From positions 576,001 to 640,000 of the forward strand of contig CAVRGP010000011.1 in the NCBI GenBank assembly GCA_963720755.1: a stretch of 64,000 bases of DNA. The letters are read 5' to 3'. Shown piece by piece: positions 1 through 9,427 of this stretch. Under the pieces are notes generated by a model that did no database searches, was not told the DNA's origin, and saw only the letters and a program-made list of their open reading frames with translations. Source of the DNA: an uncultured Chloroflexia bacterium. GTDB lineage: Bacteria; Chloroflexota; Limnocylindria; Limnocylindrales; CSP1-4. A program made the position numbers and the translations under genes. Numbering within the stretch: the stretch's first letter is position 1; each line of letters starts with the position of its first letter.

Positions 1-1
1 C

Positions 2-1048
2 CTCGCGGTCGAATCGTCCTGCGACGAGACCGGGATCGCCGTCATCGAGGACGGTTCGCTGATCCGTTCCAACGTCGTGGCCTCGCAGGTTGCGCTCCAC
101 GCCCCGTCCGGCGGGATCGTGCCCGAGGTGGCTGCGCGGGCCCATCTGCGCTGGATCGTGCCCGTGCTCAAGGACGCCCTGCGCGATGCCGATGCCACGT
201 GGGACGACATCGACGCGGTCGCCGTCACGTATGGCCCGGGCCTGGCCGGATCGCTGCTGGTCGGGGTCAACTTCGCCAAGGCGCTGGCCTGGGTCCACGA
301 TCGGCCGTTAATCGGCGTCAATCACCTCGAAGGACACATCTACGCCGCGTGGCTGCGCGATGCCGGAGAGGCTGACCGGCCGGATCCGATCTTCCCGCTG
401 GTGGCCCTGGTCGTGTCCGGGGGTCATACGTTCCTGGCGGAGATGCCGGAGCACCTCACCTATCGCCTCCTTGGATCGACCCTCGATGATGCCGCTGGGG
501 AGGCATTCGACAAGGTCGGCCGGTTGCTCGGGCTCGGGTACCCGGGCGGTCCGGCCATCGGCCGCGCGTCGGCGTCGGCGACGCACCACGACCGCGTCTT
601 TCCCAGGGCGTGGCTCGGCGATTCGTATGACCTGAGCTTCTCGGGGCTCAAGACCGCCGCCCGTCGGATCATCACGGAAGCTCGGGTCGACGCCGGTCTC
701 GCCGGCGACCTGGATGCACCATTGGCGGACGACGTCGTCGCGGACCTTGCCTGGGGCTTCCAGGATGCCGTCGTCGACGTGCTCGTGACCAAGACCATCC
801 GGGCGGCGACTGCGACCGGGGCCAGGTCCATCGTCATGGGCGGCGGGGTGGCCGCGAACAGCGCGCTGCGAGAGAGGTTGACCGGCGAGGCCGAGGCGCT
901 CGGTGTCCCGTTGATCGTCCCGCGACCGGCGTTGTGTACCGACAATGGGGCGATGATCGGTGGCGCCGGGGCGCGCCGGTTCGCGGTGGGGGAACGGTCC
1001 GGCCTCGACCTGGATGCCCGCCCGTCGTTGCCCTTGGCGGTCCGTTGA
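2..1048 (+). CDS. tsaD: tRNA N6-adenosine threonylcarbamoyltransferase TsaD (5' end outside window)
   Basis: Frame is open from the window edge and reads LAVESSCDET. Motifs GGIVPEVAARAH, GPGLAGSL, NHLEGH, VSGGHT, DDAAGEAFDK, SFSGLKT and CTDNGAMI. Confidence 0.97.
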   Translation, partial: LAVESSCDETGIAVIEDGSLIRSNVVASQVALHAPSGGIVPEVAARAHLRWIVPVLKDALRDADATWDDIDAVAVTYGPGLAGSLLVGVNFAKALAWVHDRPLIGVNHLEGHIYAAWLRDAGEADRPDPIFPLVALVVSGGHTFLAEMPEHLTYRLLGSTLDDAAGEAFDKVGRLLGLGYPGGPAIGRASASATHHDRVFPRAWLGDSYDLSFSGLKTAARRIITEARVDAGLAGDLDAPLADDVVADLAWGFQDAVVDVLVTKTIRAATATGARSIVMGGGVAANSALRERLTGEAEALGVPLIVPRPALCTDNGAMIGGAGARRFAVGERSGLDLDARPSLPLAVR

Positions 1049-1914
1049 CCTCGGTCGACCCCGAGTCGGTCCGGGCGACGCTCAAGGCGGCGGGCCTGCG
1101 CGCCCGTCACCGTCTGTCGCAGAACTTCCTGGCGGATACCGACGTCCTCGATGCCATCCTGGCCGAGGCGGGACCCGGGCCTGGTCGACGTGTCCTCGAG
1201 ATCGGCCCCGGACTCGGCCTTCTGACCGGAGGTCTGCTCGCATCGGGTGCGGCGGTGACGGCGGTCGAACTCGACCGCGGGCTGGCCGCATTCCTGGCCG
1301 ACCGCTTCGGCGACGACCAGGCCCTGCGGTTGATCGAAGGGGACGCGCTCGATCAGGACCTCGTCCATCTCGTCGAGCCACCGTATGACGTCGTTGCGAA
1401 CCTCCCGTACCACATCACGAGTCCGATCCTGCATGCACTCCTCGGGCAGCCGCCACGCCCGGAGCGCCTCGTCCTGATGGTCCAGCGGGAGGTCGCCGAG
1501 CGGATCGCCGCGCCGCCCGGGAAGATGAGCTACCTGTCGGTCTTCGTCCAGTACCACGCCAGCGTGCGGATCGCGATGGCCGTGCCGGCGGCCGCCTTCG
1601 AGCCGGAGCCGGCGGTCGAGTCGGCGGTCATCGTCGTCCAACCGTTCGCCGACGACGACCGCCTTGGGCCCGAGGATGAGGACGAGCTGTGGCGGCTGGT
1701 CCAGGCAGCCTTCCGGGAGCGTCGCAAGATGATCCACAACGTCCTGAGCCGCCAGTTGCCGCTGGATGCCGGCCGAGTCATGGCGGCGCTCGAGACGGCC
1801 GGGATCGCACCGGACCGACGGCCGCAGACGCTCGCGGTGGGGGAGTGGCTCGTGCTCCGCGAGGCGCTCGGACCGATCGGCCCGGATGGGCGCGGTCGCC
1901 GGTCCGCCTCATGA
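1045..1914 (+). CDS. rsmA: 16S rRNA adenine dimethyltransferase RsmA/KsgA
   Basis: LSQNFL, VLEIGPGLG, VELD, VANLPYHI, MVQREVAERI, AFRERRK. TTG start overlaps the tsaD stop (TTGA). Confidence 0.96.
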   Translation: MTSVDPESVRATLKAAGLRARHRLSQNFLADTDVLDAILAEAGPGPGRRVLEIGPGLGLLTGGLLASGAAVTAVELDRGLAAFLADRFGDDQALRLIEGDALDQDLVHLVEPPYDVVANLPYHITSPILHALLGQPPRPERLVLMVQREVAERIAAPPGKMSYLSVFVQYHASVRIAMAVPAAAFEPEPAVESAVIVVQPFADDDRLGPEDEDELWRLVQAAFRERRKMIHNVLSRQLPLDAGRVMAALETAGIAPDRRPQTLAVGEWLVLREALGPIGPDGRGRRSAS

Positions 1915-2912
1915 CCGACCGCGACCCGATCCGCCGCCTGATGCCGGTCGTCCGACTGGCCCCGGCCAAGCTCAATCTGAGTCTGGCGGTCGACGCACGA
2001 CGCGATGATGGCTATCACCCGCTCCACTCGGTCTTCGTCCCGCTCACCCTTGCCGACCGGCTGAGCCTGGCGCCGGCCGGTGGCGACCGGGACACACTCC
2101 ACGTGACCGGCCTCGACGCCGGACCGCCGGCCGACAACCTCGTCTTCCGGGCGCTCGCGGCGGCCCGCGCCGCGGTCGGTGGTGGCTGGGCGGGTGGGCC
2201 CGGTCCCGCGCCCGCGCTGGCGGTTCGGCTCGACAAATTGATCCCGGTCGCCGCGGGACTGGCCGGGGGCTCGTCCGATGCCGCCGCCGCGCTCGACGGT
2301 GCCCTCGAGGCGTGGGGCGCTGATCTGGAGCCTGACGCGAAGCTAGCGACCGCCGCCCGGATCGGGTCCGACGTGCCGTTCTTCCTGGCGGGCGGTCCAG
2401 CCCTGGTCGAGGGCCGTGGCGAGCTCGTCGTGCCGCTTCATGGCCTTCGCGGGACGCCGGGCGTGCTCCTCGTGACACCACTGGTCCCTGTCTCGACGAC
2501 GGATGTGTTCGCCGCATTCGACGCCATCCGGACTCGAGGTGACAGCGCCGTTCGGATGTCGTCCGCACACCTGGCCGAGGAACTCCGGTCGGGACTCACG
2601 ACCGAGAATCTCGTTGCGCGGGCAGGTGTCCTCGCCTCGGCCAACGACTTGTTGCCGGCGACGGCCCTGGTCGTGCCGGACCTGATCCCGTTCAAACGCG
2701 CCCTGAGCCGGCTGCTCATGCGGCCGATCGGGCTGTCCGGTTCAGGCCCGACGCTCTGGGCGCTCTATCCTTCAAAGGTGGATGCCGCCGAGGCAGCCGA
2801 GGTCGTCGGGTCCGCCCTGCGCGCCGGCGGGATCGCCGCGCCCGGGATCGGACAGCCGACCGTCATCGCGACCGCGATCGTCGGTCACCAGGAGCAGGGG
2901 AGTGGACCATGA
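1911..2912 (+). CDS. ispE: 4-diphosphocytidyl-2-C-methyl-D-erythritol kinase
   Basis: APAKLNLSL, DGYH, IPVAAGLAGGSSDAA (GHMP ATP loop), SDVPFF, LSGSGPT. ATGA overlap with rsmA. Confidence 0.95.
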   Translation: MTDRDPIRRLMPVVRLAPAKLNLSLAVDARRDDGYHPLHSVFVPLTLADRLSLAPAGGDRDTLHVTGLDAGPPADNLVFRALAAARAAVGGGWAGGPGPAPALAVRLDKLIPVAAGLAGGSSDAAAALDGALEAWGADLEPDAKLATAARIGSDVPFFLAGGPALVEGRGELVVPLHGLRGTPGVLLVTPLVPVSTTDVFAAFDAIRTRGDSAVRMSSAHLAEELRSGLTTENLVARAGVLASANDLLPATALVVPDLIPFKRALSRLLMRPIGLSGSGPTLWALYPSKVDAAEAAEVVGSALRAGGIAAPGIGQPTVIATAIVGHQEQGSGP

Positions 2913-3292
2913 CCCGCCACGCGATCTCGACCAACGGAGCGCCAGCCGCCATCGGGCCGTACAGCCAGGCGATCGTCGCCGACGGATTCCTGTTCAGCGC
3001 CGGCCAGGCCGCCCTCGACCCGACGTCCGGCACCCTGGTCGAGGGAGGGATCGAACCAGAGACCGAACGGGTGATGGCGAACCTCGGCGCCGTGCTCGAC
3101 GCCGCCGGGGCTTCGTGGGGCGACGTCGTCAAGGCGACCATCTTCCTCGTCGACATGGCCGATTTCGCAGCCGTCAATACGATCTACGGTCGGTTCGTCG
3201 GCGATCCACCACCGGCTCGCTCCACGGTCGCGGTGGCGGCCCTGCCGAAAGGCGCCCGCGTCGAGATCGAAGTCGTGGCTCGACTCGGTTGA
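2909..3292 (+). CDS. ridA: RidA/YjgF family reactive intermediate deaminase
   Basis: APAAIGPYSQAI, PPARSTV, LPKGARVEIE. ATGA overlap with ispE. Confidence 0.93.
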   Translation: MTRHAISTNGAPAAIGPYSQAIVADGFLFSAGQAALDPTSGTLVEGGIEPETERVMANLGAVLDAAGASWGDVVKATIFLVDMADFAAVNTIYGRFVGDPPPARSTVAVAALPKGARVEIEVVARLG

Positions 3293-3318
3293 CACCCCAG
3301 AGTGACCGACCCTACGAT
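3289..3318 (+). promoter_or_regulatory. Putative sigma70 promoter for glmU
   Basis: TTGACA (3289-3294), 18-nt spacer, TACGAT (3313-3318). Confidence 0.6.
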
Positions 3319-3415
3319 GCCCCGACCCACTGATGACTGCTGACGCATCCGCGACGGACCCCGAACGGGTCGGGAGCGACGACCGCTCTCGCATCCGCAC
3401 CCGACGGCACTCGTC

Positions 3416-4897
3416 GTGAACCCCCCGAGTACCTCGCCGAGCCACGGCACGGTCGCCGTCGTGCTGGCGGCTGGCCTGGGCACCCGGATGCGATCGACCG
3501 TGCCCAAGGTCCTGCACCCGCTGTGTGGGCGGCCGATGCTCGCCTACGTGCTCGATGCCTGGGGAAGTACGGACGATGGCGTGGCCGGCGGACACCCGGT
3601 CGTGGTCTTCTCGCCGTCGGTCGCGGCGATCATCGATGTGTTCGCCGACCAGGCGGTGTTCGCTCTCCAGGATGAACCACGAGGGACCGGGGACGCCGTC
3701 GCTGCGGCCCTGGCGATCGTCCACGCCGAAGCGACCGAGGTCGTCATCCTGTCCGGGGACGTCCCCCTGGTGACCGGAGCGGACCTCGAGGCGGTCATCG
3801 CCGCGCGGCGCGAGGACGATGCCGCGATCGCCCTGGCCAGTGTCTTCGCAGCCGACCCGGCCCAGCTCGGGCGGGTCGTTCGAGGGGAGTTCGGGACGGT
3901 CGAGCGGGTCGTCGAGGCCCGGGACGCGACCCCGGATGAATTGACCGGCAATGAAGCGAACGTCGGCCTCTACGCCTTCGATGCCGAGTGGCTCCGGCGG
4001 CGGATCGGCGCCCTGACCCCGTCGAGTTCGACGGGCGAGCTGTACCTGACCGATCTCGTCCGGCTGGCCCGTGAAGACGGCCGGATCGTCAGCGCCGTCG
4101 CATTCGAAGACGACGGGCGGTTCGACGGGATCAACGATCGCTCGCAGCTGGCGGCCGCCGAATGGAGCATGCGGGTCCGGCTCAACGAAGCGCACATGCG
4201 CAACGGAGTCACGATGCGCGACCCCTCGACCGTGTACCTGGACTGGACGGTCGATCTGGGCGCGGACGTCATCCTCGAGCCGGGCGTCATCCTGCGGGGC
4301 GCGACCTCGGTCGCAGATGGTGCGGTCATCGGTGCCGGGAGCCAGCTGATCGACGCCACGATCGGCGCGGGTGCTCGGGTCTGGGCTAGCATCGTCGAGT
4401 CGTCCGTGGTCGAGGACGGCGCAACCGTCGGACCGTTCAGCCACCTGCGGCCCGGCAGCGTCGTGAGTCGCGGCGCGGAGGTGGGCAACTTCGCGGAGCT
4501 CAAGAACACGCGCCTCGGGCCTGGGTCCAAGCAGCATCACATGAGCTACCTCGGCGACGCCGACATCGGGGTGGGCGTCAACATCGGGGCAGGCACGATC
4601 ACCGCCAACTACGACGGCGCGCGCAAGAATCCGACGACGATCGGCGACGGCGCCTTCATCGGCGTCGACACCATGATCGTCGCGCCCCGGGTGATCGGAG
4701 AGGGCGCCCGGACCGGGGCCGGCGCGGTGGTGACCCGGGACGTGCCACCCGGAAAGCTCGCGGTCGGCGTGCCCGCCCGGATCCGCGAGCCGCGGGCGGC
4801 ATCAGGGTCGACCTCGCCGTCCGAGGAACCCGAGGAGCCCGGTGCGGTTGCCGAGTCAGCTGTGTCACCCAAGCCGCCCGAGCCTGCCGACCCCTAG
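3416..4897 (+). CDS. glmU: Bifunctional UDP-GlcNAc pyrophosphorylase / glucosamine-1-P acetyltransferase
   Basis: LAAGLGTRM..PKVLH, GTGDAV, GDVPL, ELYLTD, hexapeptide repeats, SYLGDA, ITANYDG. Pro/Glu-rich C-terminal tail. Confidence 0.96.
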   Translation: MNPPSTSPSHGTVAVVLAAGLGTRMRSTVPKVLHPLCGRPMLAYVLDAWGSTDDGVAGGHPVVVFSPSVAAIIDVFADQAVFALQDEPRGTGDAVAAALAIVHAEATEVVILSGDVPLVTGADLEAVIAARREDDAAIALASVFAADPAQLGRVVRGEFGTVERVVEARDATPDELTGNEANVGLYAFDAEWLRRRIGALTPSSSTGELYLTDLVRLAREDGRIVSAVAFEDDGRFDGINDRSQLAAAEWSMRVRLNEAHMRNGVTMRDPSTVYLDWTVDLGADVILEPGVILRGATSVADGAVIGAGSQLIDATIGAGARVWASIVESSVVEDGATVGPFSHLRPGSVVSRGAEVGNFAELKNTRLGPGSKQHHMSYLGDADIGVGVNIGAGTITANYDGARKNPTTIGDGAFIGVDTMIVAPRVIGEGARTGAGAVVTRDVPPGKLAVGVPARIREPRAASGSTSPSEEPEEPGAVAESAVSPKPPEPADP

Positions 4898-6238
4898 ATG
4901 GACACGATCCTCCAGCTGCTCGTCATCGGCGCCCTGACCTTCCTCGAGGCCATCTTCGTGGCCAGCGAGATCGCCCTCGTGACCGTGCGGCGGACCAGGA
5001 TCGACCAGCTCGTCGACGAAGGCGATCGGAGCGCCGAGCGGGTCAGACGACTGGTAGCCCAACCGGGTCGGTTCCTGGCGGTCACCCAGATCGGCCTGAC
5101 GTTCATCGGCTTCCTCGCCTCGGCCTATGCCGCGGTCAACCTGACGACGAGCCTGCAGACCTTCTTCGTGTCGACCGGCATGCCCATCCTGTCGACGTCG
5201 TCCGAGGCGATCGCGTTGATCGTCGTGACCCTTCTCCTCAGCCTGTTCACGATCGTCTTCGGCGAGCTCGTGCCAAAGAGCCTCGCACTCGCGCATACCG
5301 AGGCCTTCGCGCTCCGACTGAGTGGGTTCATCACCTTCCTGCTGCGGCTCTTCGGACCCCTCGTGGGGGCCCTCACCGCGGTCACGACGGGGATCTCACG
5401 GATGCTCGGCGCCGGTGACCAGAGCGAAGGCGTGATGAGCACGGAAGAGCTCAAGATCCTCGTCGAGCGCGGCGGCGAACAGGGCATCCTCGAGGCCGAG
5501 GAGGAACAGATGATCCATGCGGTCATCGAACTCGGCGACCAACGCGTCCACGAAGTGATGGTGCCGCGGACGTCGATGGTCACCCTGCCCGTGACCGCTT
5601 CGCTGGGCGAGGCGATCGACACGGTCATCGACGGCGGTCACAGCCGCATCCCGGTCTACGGGGAGTCGATCGACGAGGTCGTCGGGCTCCTCTACGCCAA
5701 GGACCTGCTGCCGTTCCTCAAGGAACCGGCCGAAGAGCGGCCGAGTCTTCGCTCGATCCTGCGCACCCCGGTCTTCATCCCCGAATCGATGAGTGTCGAC
5801 GACCTCCTCCATGAATTCCAGCGGCGGAAGGTCCACATGGCCATCGTCCTCGACGAGTACGGCGGGACAGCCGGCATGGCGACGATCGAGGACCTGCTCG
5901 AGGAGATCGTCGGCGAGATCCAGGACGAATACGACGTCGAGGAGCCGCTGATCGTCCGGCTATCCGAACATGAGGCCCGGATCGACGGTCGGATCGACGT
6001 CGATGACCTCGGCGACCTGTTCGATATGAAGCTCGGGCTGGAAGATGCCGACGAGTACGACACCCTCGGCGGTCTGATCTATCACCGAATCGGCGGGGTG
6101 CCGAAACCGGGCGATCAGGTCGAGCTCGACGGCCTGACCCTGACCGTCGAGTCGACCGACGGACGACGTGTCGGCAAGGTGCTGGCCGTCCGGGATCACG
6201 ACCGGGGTGCGCTCGGGGACGACGAGGCGGATCGCTGA
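4898..6238 (+). CDS. Hemolysin-family (CNNM/DUF21 + CBS pair + CorC_HlyC) membrane protein
   Basis: FVASEIAL, VFGELVPKSLA, EVMVPR, HSRIPVY, DEYGGTAG, EDLLEEIVGEIQDEYD. Confidence 0.93.
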   Translation: MDTILQLLVIGALTFLEAIFVASEIALVTVRRTRIDQLVDEGDRSAERVRRLVAQPGRFLAVTQIGLTFIGFLASAYAAVNLTTSLQTFFVSTGMPILSTSSEAIALIVVTLLLSLFTIVFGELVPKSLALAHTEAFALRLSGFITFLLRLFGPLVGALTAVTTGISRMLGAGDQSEGVMSTEELKILVERGGEQGILEAEEEQMIHAVIELGDQRVHEVMVPRTSMVTLPVTASLGEAIDTVIDGGHSRIPVYGESIDEVVGLLYAKDLLPFLKEPAEERPSLRSILRTPVFIPESMSVDDLLHEFQRRKVHMAIVLDEYGGTAGMATIEDLLEEIVGEIQDEYDVEEPLIVRLSEHEARIDGRIDVDDLGDLFDMKLGLEDADEYDTLGGLIYHRIGGVPKPGDQVELDGLTLTVESTDGRRVGKVLAVRDHDRGALGDDEADR

Positions 6239-6280
6239 GGGCGGACGGAGCGCGGAGACGCCGACAGCCGGCGCCGACCG

Positions 6281-7306
6281 TCAGGCGCTGATGACCGAGA
6301 CGATGATCTGCTCGAGCCGGGCGCGAGCCTCGGGCCGGACGACGCCGGCCCCGTCGAGTTCGGCCAGCGCTTCGTCCCGGTAGTGGCGAGCCTGATCCCG
6401 TGTGTAGTCGCGGGCACCCGAGCGCTCGAGGATCGCGATGATCTCGGCGACCGTGCTCGGGTCCGGATCCGACGCGGCATACAGTTCGCCCAAACGCTCG
6501 CGGTCCTCGGGGCCGGCGTGCTCCCACGCGTAGATGACCGGCAGGGTCTTCTTGCGGTTGGCCACGTCCGATGGTTCCTTGCCGGTCGCCTGTTCCGGCC
6601 CCCAGATCCCGAGCAGATCGTCATTGAGCTGGAACGCCAGGCCGAGGGCCCAGCCGAACCCCCGATAGCGGGCGATGACCTCGTCGTCATCGGTCGCCAG
6701 CAGCGCCCCGGCTTCGATCGATGCGGCGATCAGGGACGCGGTCTTGCGCCCGATCATGTCGAAGTAGAGATCCACGCTCCCGAGATCGGGTGCGTTGCTC
6801 ACCGCGATGTCGATGTACTGACCCTCGCACAACGCCAGGCAGGTCTCGTCGTACAGCCGCATCAGCCGCAGGACCGTGCGATCCGGGAACCCCAGATCGG
6901 TCAGGCGATGCAGGGCGACGCGGGAAAGGCTGAACAGGGTGTCACCGGCGTTGATCGCCTGCGGGATGCCGTGGATGGTCCATAGCGTCGGGCGGTGGCG
7001 GCGCTCGACATCACCGTCCTCGATATCGTCGTGCACGAGGCTGAAGTTGTGCCCCAGTTCGACCGCCGCCGCGCCCGGGAGCGCCCGCTGGTGCTCGCCG
7101 GTGATGCTGGCGTAGGCGAGCAGGCCGAGGAGTGGCCGCATCCGCTTGCCGCCGGAGGCGCCGGACCCGTCCAGGGCGAGGTGATATCGGACCATCTCAT
7201 AGAGGCCATGGGTGGACGGATCGCGATCCTGCACGAGCCGGACGATCTCGCCTTCCGTGTCCGCGATCAGGGCGGCGAGGTCGATCTCCGGGGATGCGGT
7301 GGTCAT
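6281..7306 (-). CDS. Polyprenyl diphosphate synthase (IdsA/GGPP synthase-like)
   Basis: GGKRMRP, FSLVHDDIED (first Asp-rich motif with Phe at -5, suggesting a short-chain product), GQYID, KTA, FQLNDDLLG. Start taken at ATG 7306 after a TACACT -10 element. Confidence 0.92.
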   Translation of the reverse strand: MTTASPEIDLAALIADTEGEIVRLVQDRDPSTHGLYEMVRYHLALDGSGASGGKRMRPLLGLLAYASITGEHQRALPGAAAVELGHNFSLVHDDIEDGDVERRHRPTLWTIHGIPQAINAGDTLFSLSRVALHRLTDLGFPDRTVLRLMRLYDETCLALCEGQYIDIAVSNAPDLGSVDLYFDMIGRKTASLIAASIEAGALLATDDDEVIARYRGFGWALGLAFQLNDDLLGIWGPEQATGKEPSDVANRKKTLPVIYAWEHAGPEDRERLGELYAASDPDPSTVAEIIAILERSGARDYTRDQARHYRDEALAELDGAGVVRPEARARLEQIIVSVISA

Positions 7307-7392
7307 CGTGGCCGGAGTGTACACGAAACGTGCGCGGCTCAGGTAGCCTGATTGTCCGTCACGTCGCGCCGGCAAGTGGTACCGTCGCCTCG

Positions 7393-8178
7393 ATGCCAAC
7401 CCCGCGCCGCTACACGACGGACGCGATCGTCCTGTCTCGATTCGATCTCGGCGAGGCCGACCGGGTCCTGACCCTGATCACGCCCGATGGCGGCAAGCTC
7501 AAGGCGATCGCCAAGGGCGTCCGACGACCGACGTCCCGGCTCGGCGGCAGCCTGGAGCCATTCGCCGAACTGACGGTCGCCCTCGCCCGGGGCCGGACGT
7601 TCGACGTCGTCACCCAGGTCAGCGTCGGGCACGCCTGGTTGAATCTGCGCGACTCGCTCGAATCGGCCGCGACGGCCTGGTACCTGGCCGAACTGGCGGA
7701 CCGGTCGCTCGAGGAGCGTCACCCGGCGCAACCGCTCTATGCGCTCCTCCGTCGCGCCTACGAACTGCTTGATGCGGCGATGGCCCCGGGACGGGTCGCG
7801 CGCTGGTACGAGATGCACTTGCTTGACGAGCTGGGCCAGCGTCCCGAAGTGGACCGCTGCGTCGAATGCGACCGGATGCTCGAACCCGACGAGCGCTACC
7901 GCTGGGTCCCGCCTCTCGGCGGGGTCCTGTGCCAGCGCTGCCCGGGTCCGCCCCATGAGCGGGCCGGGATCTCGCTCGAGGCGCTCAAATTGTTGAAGGC
8001 GTATCAGCGGCTCGACATCGAGGCGATCGCGGCCCTCCGCCTGGCCCCCGACGTCGAACGCGAGACCGAGTCTGCGATGCGATCGTTCGTCCGCGACGCC
8101 CTCGAACGCGATGCCCGATCACTCGCGTTCCTCGACGAGGTGCGCACCCCGCTCCAGGCGATGGTCGGCCAGCCGTGA
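7393..8178 (+). CDS. recO: DNA repair protein RecO
   Basis: GEADRVLTL, AKGVRRPTSRL..LEPF, Zn-finger CVEC...CQRC. TGG-TACCGT lies 7 nt before the ATG (leaderless). Confidence 0.95.
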   Translation: MPTPRRYTTDAIVLSRFDLGEADRVLTLITPDGGKLKAIAKGVRRPTSRLGGSLEPFAELTVALARGRTFDVVTQVSVGHAWLNLRDSLESAATAWYLAELADRSLEERHPAQPLYALLRRAYELLDAAMAPGRVARWYEMHLLDELGQRPEVDRCVECDRMLEPDERYRWVPPLGGVLCQRCPGPPHERAGISLEALKLLKAYQRLDIEAIAALRLAPDVERETESAMRSFVRDALERDARSLAFLDEVRTPLQAMVGQP

Positions 8179-9362
8179 GCGCCGCCCGGCGGTTCGCGAC
8201 GGTGGGCCTTGGCGCTGCGGCCGGGATCGCGACCGCCATGACCGCACGGGCCGGCGGCCGGGCGATGGTCCGGCGGACGGAGGCGCGCCTGTGTGAGACG
8301 ACCAATCGGCCCCCGTACCCGGCGTCGGACGAAGCCGTCGCCCTGCACCGCGACCTATGGGTCGCCGACCTCCACGCCGATTCGCTGCTGTGGGGCCGCG
8401 ACCTGCTCCAGCGCTCCAGCCACGGCCAGGTCGATGTCCCGCGTCTGATCGACGGCAATGTCGCCCTCCAGGTCCTGGCGGCGACGACGAAATCGCCACG
8501 CCACCTCAACATCGAGCGGAACGACGACCGAACGGACGACGTCATCCTGCTCGCGATCGCCCAGGGCTGGCCGCCGGCCACCTGGCGCCGGCTGCTGCCG
8601 AGGGCGCTCCACCTGGCCACTCGCGCCGACGCGTTCGCGGCCCGGTCGGACGGGCGCCTCACGATCATCCGCTCACGGGCCGACCTCGCCGCGTACGAAG
8701 CGGCTCGTTCGGCGCGACCGGACATCACGGCCGGGCTGCTCGCGATCGAGGGCGCCCACGCGCTCGACGGCGACCCGTCGAACGTCGAGGTGGTCGCGGA
8801 TGCGGGGTTCCGGATGATGTCGCCTAGCCACTTCTTCGACACAGCGTTCGGCGGCTCCGCCCACGGCCTGGTCAAGGGAGGTCTGACCGCGGCCGGTGCG
8901 GAGATGGTCCGGCGGATGGAGGCGCGCGGGATGCTGGTCGATGTCGCCCACGCCTCGGCGATGACGATCGATGACATCCTGCAGATGGCCGCCCGGCCTG
9001 TCGTCGCATCGCACACAGGCGTACGGGGCATCGCCGATAACGCCCGCAACCTGACCGACGACCAGGTCCGCGGCATCGCCGAGACCGGCGGCGTGATCGG
9101 GATCGGGTTCTGGCCGACCGCGTCGGGCGGCGACGACGCGGCGTCGATCGCGCGTTCGATCCGGTACACCGTCGATCTCGCCGGCGTCGACCACGTCGGG
9201 CTCGGCTCCGACTTCGACGGCGCGGTCCCGGTGCCGTTCGATGCGACCGGTCTCGCCCAGGTCACCGAAGCCCTTCTGGCAGCCGGGTTCGATCGGGACT
9301 CGATCGCCAGGATCATGGGCGGCAACGTCCGGCGGCTGCTGATGGAGGCGTTGCCGGCCTGA
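8175..9362 (+). CDS. Membrane dipeptidase (peptidase M19)
   Basis: DLHADS, IEGAH, VDVAHAS, ASHTG, RNLTDDQ, GSDFDG. GTGA overlap with recO. Confidence 0.92.
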   Translation: MSAARRFATVGLGAAAGIATAMTARAGGRAMVRRTEARLCETTNRPPYPASDEAVALHRDLWVADLHADSLLWGRDLLQRSSHGQVDVPRLIDGNVALQVLAATTKSPRHLNIERNDDRTDDVILLAIAQGWPPATWRRLLPRALHLATRADAFAARSDGRLTIIRSRADLAAYEAARSARPDITAGLLAIEGAHALDGDPSNVEVVADAGFRMMSPSHFFDTAFGGSAHGLVKGGLTAAGAEMVRRMEARGMLVDVAHASAMTIDDILQMAARPVVASHTGVRGIADNARNLTDDQVRGIAETGGVIGIGFWPTASGGDDAASIARSIRYTVDLAGVDHVGLGSDFDGAVPVPFDATGLAQVTEALLAAGFDRDSIARIMGGNVRRLLMEALPA

Positions 9363-9427
9363 ATGGTCGGCGGCCACCCCGGCGGGCCTCTGCTAGCATC
9401 GATACCCAGCCCCGCCGCAGACCGTCC

